Shown here: piece by piece, positions 1-7,849 of the stretch
Numbering within the stretch: the first letter of the stretch is position 1
Layout: the number at the start of each line of letters is the position of its first letter
Source: Desulfocapsa sulfexigens DSM 10523
Lineage (GTDB): Bacteria; Desulfobacterota; Desulfobulbia; Desulfobulbales; Desulfocapsaceae
DNA: 32,000 nt
Direction: 5' to 3'
Assembly: GCF_000341395.1 (NCBI RefSeq)
Contig: NC_020304.1
Span: forward strand, 1,050,001-1,082,000
Notes under the pieces: model-generated
Told to the model about the DNA's origin: nothing
Seen by the model: the letters and a program-made list of their open reading frames with translations, nothing else
The model's database searches: none
Program-made: the position numbers and the translations under genes

Positions 1-960
1 TCAGCCAAAAGCTGGCTGGAGAAACACGACCTGCACAGAGATAAAGCCTTTTGCCGATTCATCAATGCCCAGTTGTTGATTTCCGCCCAAACCACCTCTT
101 CTTCCACTAATGCACTCTATGCTGCCATGGCCCTTGACCTGCCACGAACGTCACCATGCTCCATTGCTGGTGGTATAGGAACTATTGCGGACATGCTCGC
201 CACGAAAATCAGGAGCCTGGGTGGACAGATGCACTGCGGTGAAAAGGCACTTTCCTTTACAGTGGATAAAGACACGATAAGTGAGGTGGTCTCCAGTAAG
301 GCACGCTATACAGCCAGAGAAATTGTGTTTAATGGTTCCAGTGCCGGATTGTCCACTCTGCTCGGCAAAAAAATCCCCTCGACCTGGCAAACAAAAAGCC
401 GTGCCAGGTGGGGTGCATTCATCCTCCATATTGCTGCTGGTAAAAAGATCATGGAACAACTTACCTCCTCACACCTACAGCTTGTGGATGCAGCTGCCGG
501 GAAACTGGCCGAGGGGGCATCACTTTTTTTATCCGCCTCCCTTCCCTATGACATGACACGAGCACCAGAAGGAAAAGTTGCTCTCAGCATCTCCACCCAT
601 ACGGCCGTTCAACCCTGGTGGGACGCCTGGAACAAGGGAAAGGATAGCTATACAGCCATGAAACGGGGGTACACGGATGAAATTCTTGCCCTGTTGGAAA
701 GCTATGTGCCCGGATTCAAGTCCAGTATAGATTTTTGCATGGCAGGAACCCCAATTACCTACAGTCGTTACACCGGACGTCATCTTGGCCTGGTTGGAGG
801 ATATAGCCAGAATAGCCTGATTCCGCCAAAACAGAATCACTTCGGGATAAAAAACTGCACACTGGTGGGTGATTTCACCTTTCCGGGGCAATCCATGGCT
901 GCAGTAACGGTTGGAGCGACTTTGTCTGTGGATCGAATTTTCCGGCGACTTGAAGAGTGA
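1..960 (+). CDS. NAD(P)/FAD-dependent oxidoreductase, phytoene dehydrogenase/carotenoid isomerase-like, 5'-truncated by window edge
   Basis: Frame is open from base 1 in the same frame as ORF 73..960. C-terminus GRHLGLVGGY...NHFGIKNCTLVGDFTFPGQSMAAVTVGA resembles the CrtI/CrtO-type FAD-binding C-terminal motif. Confidence 0.8.
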   Translation, partial: SAKSWLEKHDLHRDKAFCRFINAQLLISAQTTSSSTNALYAAMALDLPRTSPCSIAGGIGTIADMLATKIRSLGGQMHCGEKALSFTVDKDTISEVVSSKARYTAREIVFNGSSAGLSTLLGKKIPSTWQTKSRARWGAFILHIAAGKKIMEQLTSSHLQLVDAAAGKLAEGASLFLSASLPYDMTRAPEGKVALSISTHTAVQPWWDAWNKGKDSYTAMKRGYTDEILALLESYVPGFKSSIDFCMAGTPITYSRYTGRHLGLVGGYSQNSLIPPKQNHFGIKNCTLVGDFTFPGQSMAAVTVGATLSVDRIFRRLEE

Positions 961-1097
961 AACCTGTTAACAATGACAGTATTCACTGTCATTAAACTCT
1001 CTTCTAACCCCCATTGATTATCTCTCGTATAGGGCTATTGTATAAAGCATGAGCAGCAAACGCAGTACAACCATTAAAACTATCTAAGGAGAACATC

Positions 1098-1280
1098 ATG
1101 GCTGATAAATCAAAAAGTGGATTTGGAAATCTTGTATGGGTAAGTGACAAAGACGGTAAACAATACGCCTGTAACGTTGAGGCCCTGAAAGGGAATATCA
1201 GGACAAAAGAAGAGTTGAGCGAAGAGGAAAAAGCCAGCTGTACTGATGTTAGCACCATCGTTGGCACCGAACGCTGGTAA
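1098..1280 (+). CDS. small hypothetical protein (60 aa)
   Basis: Good Shine-Dalgarno (aaggag) upstream of ATG; followed by a strong terminator at ~1361-1393. Confidence 0.6.
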   Translation: MADKSKSGFGNLVWVSDKDGKQYACNVEALKGNIRTKEELSEEEKASCTDVSTIVGTERW

Positions 1281-1360
1281 GGTCGCAGGCATACTTTTCT
1301 TTGATTTGCAGGAACAAAGCCTGAAAAACAGAAGCAAAGAGTAAGAAAATCTTTGTTTTA

Positions 1361-1393
1361 AAGGTGTTGCCTTTCAGGCAGCACCTTTTTTTT
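1361..1393 (+). terminator. Rho-independent terminator
   Basis: AAGGTGTTGCC-tttca-GGCAGCACCTTTTTTTT: GC-rich stem followed by a T run. Confidence 0.85.
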
Positions 1394-1438
1394 ATTAGCA
1401 GTACCATGGGTAATAGACACTCTGCAAGAGGATGAAAA

Positions 1439-1870
1439 ATGGAATATAATGTAAGTTCACTGACAGCATTGCAGCTTATTGTGGATAGTGGACTGCTTAT
1501 CCTGATCTGGCTTGTCCAGTTAATTATCTACCCCTCATTTCGCTATACCGAGAACAATCAATTTGTCGCCTGGCATGGCAGATACACAGCTCTGATTGGC
1601 TTGATTGTTGCTCCCCTTATGTTTAGCCAGGTAGGAGTAGAAGTTGCCTTTTTTCTGGGGCAAGATCCGAGATGGAACCGCATTCTGATCATTTTAGCAA
1701 TCTGGACAGCCACCTTCGGCCTTTCTGTTCCCTGCCACAATCGCCTGCATAGGCAAGGAAAGGAGCTGATCACCCTTAAGCGACTGGTCACAACTAACTG
1801 GATTCGAACCCTGTGTTGGAGTCTGTTATTTTTAGAAACCGTTTTAATCTCAGACGGAAACTTTTTTTAA
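1439..1870 (+). CDS. hypothetical multi-pass membrane protein (143 aa)
   Basis: ORF with several hydrophobic segments, upstream of the DUF523/DUF1722 gene. Confidence 0.65.
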   Translation: MEYNVSSLTALQLIVDSGLLILIWLVQLIIYPSFRYTENNQFVAWHGRYTALIGLIVAPLMFSQVGVEVAFFLGQDPRWNRILIILAIWTATFGLSVPCHNRLHRQGKELITLKRLVTTNWIRTLCWSLLFLETVLISDGNFF

Positions 1871-1880
1871 TGGAGTATTC

Positions 1881-2858
1881 GTGATGAACTCTTCCTTTCC
1901 ACGCCCAAGAGTCCTTGTCAGTCGCTGTCTTGGTTTTGCACCCTGCCGTTATGACGGAGCACAGCTTTCTTCAATGGTTGTGAAACTACTGCAGAACCAC
2001 GTTGATTTTATTGATGTCTGCCCGGAAATGGAAGCGGGTCTAGGTGTACCCCGTCCCCCGATCCGTCTCTGTCTGGAAGGTAACAAAGTCGAGGTATGGC
2101 AGCCGGCAGAGTCACGCACAGTCACCACCGCCCTGCATGAAGCCGCAATTCGTCAGGCCGGGCAGCTTCCTGAGTGCGATGGTGCTATCCTGAAATCAAG
2201 ATCTCCCTCCTGCGGTCTCTATGATGCCAAGGTATACAGGGGAATCGAAAAACCGCAGTTTCTGCGCTGGGAGAGCGGTGTCTTTGGGACACTGGTATTG
2301 GAAAGGCTAGGACAGAAAGCGGTGGATGATGAACAGCGTTTGACGAACATCGTTCTTCGGGAACACTTTCTCATCAAACTCTATGTCTGGACTCGTTTTC
2401 GTAACATTGCAGCTCACCCCAAAATGGGTGAGCTGGTGAATTTTCATGCCAGTCACAAGCTGCTCTTTCTCGCCTACAACCAGAGCCGTTTTCGTCGCTG
2501 TGGTAAAATAACGGCAAACCATGAACATTTACCTGCTGCTGAGGTTTTTCAACTCTATGCGGAAGAAATGGCCCAGATTCTGGCCAGGCCCTTTCGCCGG
2601 CAGGCCATGGTCAATACGCTTTATCATGCTTATGGCTGGATTGCAAAAAAGATGTCCAACGAGGAAAAACAATATATTATCAACACTTTTGAAGAGTACC
2701 GCGACGAAAGAATTCCCCTGCAGGCGGCCACCCGGCTTCTGGAAGCCCAGGCAATCCGTTTTAAACAAAAATATCTGCTCAGTCAGATTCTGCTCCAGCC
2801 CTTTCCGCCGAAACTCTCAGACCTGTCAGACAGCGGTAGCGGGAGGGAGGTACAATGA
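1881..2858 (+). CDS. DUF523 + DUF1722 (YbgA-type) domain protein
   Basis: PRVLVSRCLGFAPCRYDGAQ...FIDVCPEMEAGLGVPRPPIRL...LKSRSPSCGLYDAKVY (DUF523) followed by a DUF1722-like region (FRNIAAHPKMGELVNFHASHKLLFLAYNQ). Families commonly linked to photolyase genes. Confidence 0.9.
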   Translation: MMNSSFPRPRVLVSRCLGFAPCRYDGAQLSSMVVKLLQNHVDFIDVCPEMEAGLGVPRPPIRLCLEGNKVEVWQPAESRTVTTALHEAAIRQAGQLPECDGAILKSRSPSCGLYDAKVYRGIEKPQFLRWESGVFGTLVLERLGQKAVDDEQRLTNIVLREHFLIKLYVWTRFRNIAAHPKMGELVNFHASHKLLFLAYNQSRFRRCGKITANHEHLPAAEVFQLYAEEMAQILARPFRRQAMVNTLYHAYGWIAKKMSNEEKQYIINTFEEYRDERIPLQAATRLLEAQAIRFKQKYLLSQILLQPFPPKLSDLSDSGSGREVQ

Positions 2859-3145
2859 GTCAGGTAGAAAAAGATATAAGCCAACAACGACAACAGCCTG
2901 AGATTCACCTGCTCACCCTGAGCACCTGTTTTTTCTGCAGCACCCTGAAGAGGCAGCTGAAAGAAGCCGGTTTCCAGTATAGCTATACCGATCTTGATCT
3001 CCTCCCGGAAAGTGAAAGGGATAAGCAGATCGAGGAACTGAGAGAATTCAACCCTGAAGAGAGTTTTCCCGTTATCATTATCGATAATGTTGCCATTGTC
3101 GGGTATCAGGAAGAACGGATTAAAAAGGAGCTAGGCCTCTCATGA
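2855..3145 (+). CDS. glutaredoxin family protein
   Basis: 96 aa; HLLTLSTCFFCSTLKRQLKEAGFQYSYTDLD...FPVIIIDNVAIVGYQE with a CxxC active site. 4-nt ATGA overlap with the upstream gene. Confidence 0.85.
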   Translation: MSQVEKDISQQRQQPEIHLLTLSTCFFCSTLKRQLKEAGFQYSYTDLDLLPESERDKQIEELREFNPEESFPVIIIDNVAIVGYQEERIKKELGLS

Positions 3146-3474
3146 CAGATACAGCGAATCTCTATAAAACCCTGCAGAACATTCAGGAAGCCCTCGGTTA
3201 TTTTTTTAACAAAAACAAAGAACAGGTAGAATCATTGCTTCAGGGACTGATGACCAACAAGGAACGTTACGGTTACATGTCCTGCCCCTGCCGTCTTGCC
3301 TCAGGAGAGAAGGAAAAGGACAGGGATATCATCTGCCCATGTGTTTACCGTGAGCCCGATGTGAGGGAATATGGAAGCTGTTACTGCGGTCTCTATGTCG
3401 ACAGCGACTGGAACGAAGAAAAAAGAGCTCGTGTCCATGTGCCGGAACGACGCCCGCCATTTATCAAACGATAG
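3142..3474 (+). CDS. ferredoxin:thioredoxin reductase catalytic subunit-like protein
   Basis: Three cysteine pairs CPC...CPC...CYC (MSCPCRLASGEKEKDRDIICPCVYREPDVREYGSCYCGLY), characteristic of FTR catalytic subunits. ATGA overlap with upstream gene. Confidence 0.88.
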   Translation: MTDTANLYKTLQNIQEALGYFFNKNKEQVESLLQGLMTNKERYGYMSCPCRLASGEKEKDRDIICPCVYREPDVREYGSCYCGLYVDSDWNEEKRARVHVPERRPPFIKR

Positions 3475-3503
3475 AACAGGAAGTTTTTTTTGAGAGCATT
3501 TCT

Positions 3504-3914
3504 ATGAAAAAAGTAACCCCACCAATACGTATTTTTTTTGACGGTTCTTGCAGCGTCTGTGCCAGCGAAATACGACACTATAAGAGTAGGGACATTCACG
3601 GAAACCTTTTGCTCGTGGATATCAGTAAAGAGGATTTTCAACCGGAAAAATATGGGAAAACCATGGAGGATTTCATGACCCAGATGCATGTACTCGATCA
3701 GCAGGGCCAATTTTTTCTCGGTGTAAATGCCTTTCCAGCTATATGGCAGGCATTGCCAGGAAGGTTGTTTGCCTTTTTGGCAATGTTCATGATGCTTCCC
3801 GGTATTCACTCAGTTGCTCGACTGGCGTATATTCTCTTTGCAAAATACCGGAGAAACCTCTTCCCGAAAAAGAACAAATGCGAGACTGGTACTTGCGATA
3901 TTAAGCCTTTATAA
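3504..3914 (+). CDS. DCC/DUF393-family thiol-disulfide oxidoreductase-like protein
   Basis: IRIFFDGSCSVCASEIRHYKSRD...GVNAFPAIWQALPG is typical of the DCC family. Confidence 0.85.
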   Translation: MKKVTPPIRIFFDGSCSVCASEIRHYKSRDIHGNLLLVDISKEDFQPEKYGKTMEDFMTQMHVLDQQGQFFLGVNAFPAIWQALPGRLFAFLAMFMMLPGIHSVARLAYILFAKYRRNLFPKKNKCETGTCDIKPL

Positions 3915-3959
3915 CGACTAGTTGTATAGAATAATTCTAGCATAAATGAGTAACAGGGA

Positions 3960-5339
3960 ATGAACTGGAAACGCACCGTTGATCAGGAACGCAGTCGCCT
4001 GCTGCAGAGAGGACACTTAGGGGATGGGCCGGTAATCTACTGGATGAGCAGGGACCAACGAGTGCATGATAACTGGGCCCTTCTTTACGCCCAGGAGAGG
4101 GCGCTTGCCCTGCACAGGGGTTTGATTGTTGTCTTCTGCATCGACCTGGACTACCCGGCGGCCAATCTTCGCCACGTTGCTTTTCTCCTGCACGGCCTGG
4201 AAGAATTGCAACACACTCTGCAAAAGGCGGCTATCGGCTTCTACCTTTTGCATGGAGCGCCTGATATTGCATTGCCTCCCTTTTTAAAAAAAATAAACCC
4301 TGCCCTCCTGATTACTGATTTTGACCCGCTACGTATCAAGAAACAGTGGAAAAAGGATACCCTTCAGTACTGCAGTATGCCTGTTTTTGAGGTGGACGCC
4401 CACAACATAGTTCCCTGCTGGCTGGCCTCTGATAAACGTGAATATGCAGCCTATACCATACGGAAAAAGATACAACGGCTACTGCCCAGGTTTCTTACGG
4501 ACTTCCCGCCACTTGAAAAACATCCATATTCCTCAGCCACTCAGCCGTTTTCTGCCAGGACATACCTGAAACAGATCAAAGACAAATCAGTTGCTGAAGT
4601 TCACTGGATCCATCCCGGTGAAAGAGCAGGAAAAAATCTTCTGGCAGAATTCCTGGCCCATGGCCTCCATTCATATTCCACAGAGCGCAATAATCCGTGC
4701 CTAGACGGTCAGTCAAATCTCTCACCCTACTTCCATTTTGGCCAGCTTGCTCCCCAGCGTGTAGCCTGGGAGGTAGAAAAAAGTCCGGCAGACCTGGAAA
4801 ACAAAGAGGCATATCTGGAAGAATTAATCATCCGCCGCGAACTTTCAGATAATTTCTGTTATTACAGTCACGATTATGACCGTTGTACTACCTTTCCGGA
4901 TTGGGCAGGAAAATCCTTGGATATTCATCGAGGAGATGTCCGTTCGTATGTAGCGAATCTTCAAACCCTTGAGAGTGCAACTACGGAAGATGAACTCTGG
5001 AATGCTTGTCAGCAGGATTTAGCAGAGCAGGGGAAGCTTCACGGGTATCTGCGTATGTACTGGGCAAAAAAGATTCTTGAATGGTCAACATCCCCTGAAG
5101 AAGCCATGTACAACGCCATTTATCTCAACGACAAATATTCCCTCGATGGACGTGACCCTAATGGTTACGCTGGTGTTGCCTGGAGTATTGGCGGAGTGCA
5201 TGACAGAGCATGGGCGGAACGGCCTGTGTTTGGCAAAATCCGATATATGAACAGCAATGGATGCAAACGAAAATTTGATATTGCCTGTTATTTGAAACGA
5301 GTAAAGAAACCTGATTACCATCGAAACTCAGCTTTGTAA
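3960..5339 (+). CDS. phr: class II deoxyribodipyrimidine (CPD) photolyase
   Basis: VIYWMSRDQRVHDNWALLYAQ; C-terminal half ELSDNFCYYSHDYD...KLHGYLRMYWAKKILEWS...YNAIYLNDKYSLDGRDPNGYAGVAWSIGGVHDRAWAERPVFGKIRYMN. The last 9 codons lie in a repeat element. Confidence 0.95.
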   Translation: MNWKRTVDQERSRLLQRGHLGDGPVIYWMSRDQRVHDNWALLYAQERALALHRGLIVVFCIDLDYPAANLRHVAFLLHGLEELQHTLQKAAIGFYLLHGAPDIALPPFLKKINPALLITDFDPLRIKKQWKKDTLQYCSMPVFEVDAHNIVPCWLASDKREYAAYTIRKKIQRLLPRFLTDFPPLEKHPYSSATQPFSARTYLKQIKDKSVAEVHWIHPGERAGKNLLAEFLAHGLHSYSTERNNPCLDGQSNLSPYFHFGQLAPQRVAWEVEKSPADLENKEAYLEELIIRRELSDNFCYYSHDYDRCTTFPDWAGKSLDIHRGDVRSYVANLQTLESATTEDELWNACQQDLAEQGKLHGYLRMYWAKKILEWSTSPEEAMYNAIYLNDKYSLDGRDPNGYAGVAWSIGGVHDRAWAERPVFGKIRYMNSNGCKRKFDIACYLKRVKKPDYHRNSAL

Positions 5340-5461
5340 CCCGGAGTTGTTCCGTGTCGATTATATGGGACGCCATAACCCCTTCCCTGGGGGCTCTGCT
5401 GCGGCCGTCCAGCCCGCAGAGCCCATATAATCAACACAAAACAACTCTTCCTCAGGCGGGT
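5310..5461 (+). repeat. MITE-like repeat element, copy 1
   Basis: Near-identical (about 90% by eye) to the reverse complement of 19101-19255. Core carries terminal inverted repeats 5344-5369 (GAGTTGTTCCGTGTCGATTATATGGG) and 5422-5447 (reverse complement GAGTTGTTTTGTGTTGATTATATGGG), 23/26 matching. Confidence 0.88.
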
Positions 5462-5496
5462 AGGCTGAGGATTAGTGGTAATCAAGTAAAGAAAAG

Positions 5497-6465
5497 CTAA
5501 AATTTTCCCTTTAAAGTAACACCGACAAAAGGTGCAGCATCGAAATCTGTTTCACCCAGTTCGTGGCCATCTGCATCCTCTATGGTAATACTTCCGCCCA
5601 TCAGCAGACCGGTGTTAACATCAAAGCGGTAATCTTCATCCAGCTTCCAGCCCACCCGTAAAAATGGGGCCCAGAAGGTCATATCAGCAATACCGTCTGC
5701 CACCATGCTGCTGTCGTCCAGACGAAACCGATAGGATCTGTAAGCACCGCCGATTCCCACTTCCAGACTGCTTACAGGGGCGTATACCAGCTCCACCCCT
5801 GCCGGGCCAACCGGTCCTGCCGGAAAGGGATTCGTCAGCCGGAACTGCTCGTTAATCTGCCAGTTAATGACCACATAGGGAAACATCTCAAACTGATCAA
5901 GACGTTCGAACATTCCTGCACCGATTCCCAGCATTAAGTGTCGACTAAAGACATAGGCACCTGACAGCACGCCCCCATAGGACAGAGACTCACTGATTTC
6001 AGCACCAGAAGCACTGGCAAAGCCAATAGATGGGATCAGTCCAAAATGCCAGTTTTGTGATGGTGCATAAAAAACAGGAATGGATATCCCCGGTCTGATA
6101 ATTTCTTCCCACAGGTCAACGGAATGCAGTCTCGCAATGTTGGAGAAATCCCAGATCTCATAATCAAAACTCAACCCCAGACCTACTGTCCAGTTGCTGT
6201 CAATGGAGCGGGATGCGTTAAATCGTAAAAAATGACGCTGCACATCGAACTGTCCACTGCTATCCAGATCCGTTTCGAACTGATAGATCGGGGTGTAGGA
6301 GAGTCGGTAATTGTTTTTCGATTCCACATTCCCTTCCCGGGATCCCTCTGGCGGAGGCGATCCGGCAAAGCTGGAAATCTGTGTTGTAAAGAAAATTGAG
6401 AACAGGATGCTGGCTTTGACAAGATGTTTTTGGAACATGTGGATCCTCTTTTTGGTTGGAATCAA
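5497..6465 (-). CDS. outer-membrane beta-barrel protein (DUF6268-like)
   Basis: Signal-peptide-like N-terminus, alternating aromatic/hydrophobic strands and terminal Phe (GVTLKGKF). Start may be an internal Met. 4-nt overlap with the next gene of the operon. Confidence 0.75.
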   Translation of the reverse strand: MIPTKKRIHMFQKHLVKASILFSIFFTTQISSFAGSPPPEGSREGNVESKNNYRLSYTPIYQFETDLDSSGQFDVQRHFLRFNASRSIDSNWTVGLGLSFDYEIWDFSNIARLHSVDLWEEIIRPGISIPVFYAPSQNWHFGLIPSIGFASASGAEISESLSYGGVLSGAYVFSRHLMLGIGAGMFERLDQFEMFPYVVINWQINEQFRLTNPFPAGPVGPAGVELVYAPVSSLEVGIGGAYRSYRFRLDDSSMVADGIADMTFWAPFLRVGWKLDEDYRFDVNTGLLMGGSITIEDADGHELGETDFDAAPFVGVTLKGKF

Positions 6466-6902
6466 GGGGAAATACTTTTTTGTTTTGCCTCCTGGTCAAG
6501 ATACTCTGCAAAAGATGCAAGGGACTTTTTATCAAGAGGTGTTGGCTGATGACTTTTTTTGTCAATGAAGAGGCCTGTCTGAGTACCGCTGACCGTTAAT
6601 TCATCGTTGCAATTATAGAAACGAAATTCCATATTAGCCGAGACATGACGCAGTCTGGACAACCACACCTCAATGCGAACGGTATCCCCAAGAAAAAGCT
6701 GCTTGTGATATCGTGCCTCTGTCCTGATAAGTGTGGGGAGAAGACCAAGCTTTTCAATGATCTCATGGACCGGCATGCCGATAGCTTCAAGGAGCTTGAG
6801 GCGGCCGATTTCCATCCACTGAATATAGACAATATTACTCACATGGCCAGCAAAATCGATGTGATAGGTGTGGACATTTTCTGTAAATATTACTTTTTTC
6901 AT
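6462..6902 (-). CDS. acyl-CoA thioesterase, 4HBT family
   Basis: YHIDFAGHVSNIVYIQWMEIGRLKLLEAIGM hot-dog fold motif; ATGA overlaps with both neighbours. Confidence 0.85.
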   Translation of the reverse strand: MKKVIFTENVHTYHIDFAGHVSNIVYIQWMEIGRLKLLEAIGMPVHEIIEKLGLLPTLIRTEARYHKQLFLGDTVRIEVWLSRLRHVSANMEFRFYNCNDELTVSGTQTGLFIDKKSHQPTPLDKKSLASFAEYLDQEAKQKSISP

Positions 6903-7849
6903 CGGCTAACGTCTCTGTAAATGGATTGCACAGCTGCAGGTTGACAGGAGGGAGGCGAGCAGAGTGTGCAGCCGGATTCAAGGAGCAGGGGGTCGTCTCC
7001 TCGAACTCCCTGACCACCAAGGATAATGGGTATGGGGTGCCTGCCGGCCAGAGCAGCAATCTCGTTTCTGTGTTTATCATACAGCACTGTGCTTGTAACA
7101 GAAAGCCAGACACTTTTTGGCTGTATCTGCACAATGGCCTGTTCAAGGCTCTCCAGGGGAAGAGAAGAACCGAAATAGACGGGCCTGGACCCCTCCCGGG
7201 CCAGGGTATACATAACAACAAGCAGTCCTAACCTGTGTTCTTCTCCCGGAAAACAGGAACAGATAACTGGTGGATCTACCCTTTCAGGTACAGCCTGGCT
7301 CGCCTGATCGATGCAGTTGCGCAGATAGTGTTCACTTATACCGCTGATCAGATGTTCACCGGCAACAGTTATTTTTCCACTCAGATAAGCCTCACCTACC
7401 TTTTCCATGGCAGGCAGAATTACCTCATAGACAACTCTGTCCGGACTGAGCTCCAGTAGCGCTCGGTTTAATCCATCGCGAAGCTGTAAAAAATTTACGC
7501 TTTCTGCAGCTTCGATGAGGGGATTGATATAGCTCTCCAGTTCATTGTCAACAAACAGACCGGCTGCTTCCGGTTCCCGTCTCAGCCCTGTTTTATTCTC
7601 AATCTGCTGTAACAGTTTTTGTCTGCCAAAGGATGCCAGTTCACCAATGCGAAGCCCCTCTTCTCGAGTGGCCTCAGCAATATGACAGACAAGGCTCAAA
7701 TCCTCTTCGCTGTAGAGGCGTTGTCCGCCTGGGCCGCGTTCAGGACTCCACAGTGCATAGCGTTTCTCCCAGACACGCAGAAGGTCTGGCGAAATCCCGC
7801 TCTCCCGTGCCAGCGTTCCAATCTTATAAAAAGTCTTATTATTTGCCAT
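6899..7849 (-). CDS. MerR-family transcriptional regulator with C-terminal B12-binding domains (CarH/LitR-like)
   Basis: True start is probably MANNKTFYKIGTLARESGISPDLLRVWEKRY (ATG at 7849). Cap domain VGEAYLSGKITVAGEHLISG and B12-binding CFPGEEHRLGLLVV (E-x-H-x-x-G) with IILGGQGVRGD. Confidence 0.88.
   Translation of the reverse strand: MANNKTFYKIGTLARESGISPDLLRVWEKRYALWSPERGPGGQRLYSEEDLSLVCHIAEATREEGLRIGELASFGRQKLLQQIENKTGLRREPEAAGLFVDNELESYINPLIEAAESVNFLQLRDGLNRALLELSPDRVVYEVILPAMEKVGEAYLSGKITVAGEHLISGISEHYLRNCIDQASQAVPERVDPPVICSCFPGEEHRLGLLVVMYTLAREGSRPVYFGSSLPLESLEQAIVQIQPKSVWLSVTSTVLYDKHRNEIAALAGRHPIPIILGGQGVRGDDPLLLESGCTLCSPPSCQPAAVQSIYRDVSR

Noticed and set aside
5158-5376. Minus-strand ORF beginning MASHIIDTEQLR, matching ORF 19138..19395
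   Set aside because: The shared peptide is simply translation of the duplicated repeat element, and it is antisense to the photolyase. Not a real protein family.
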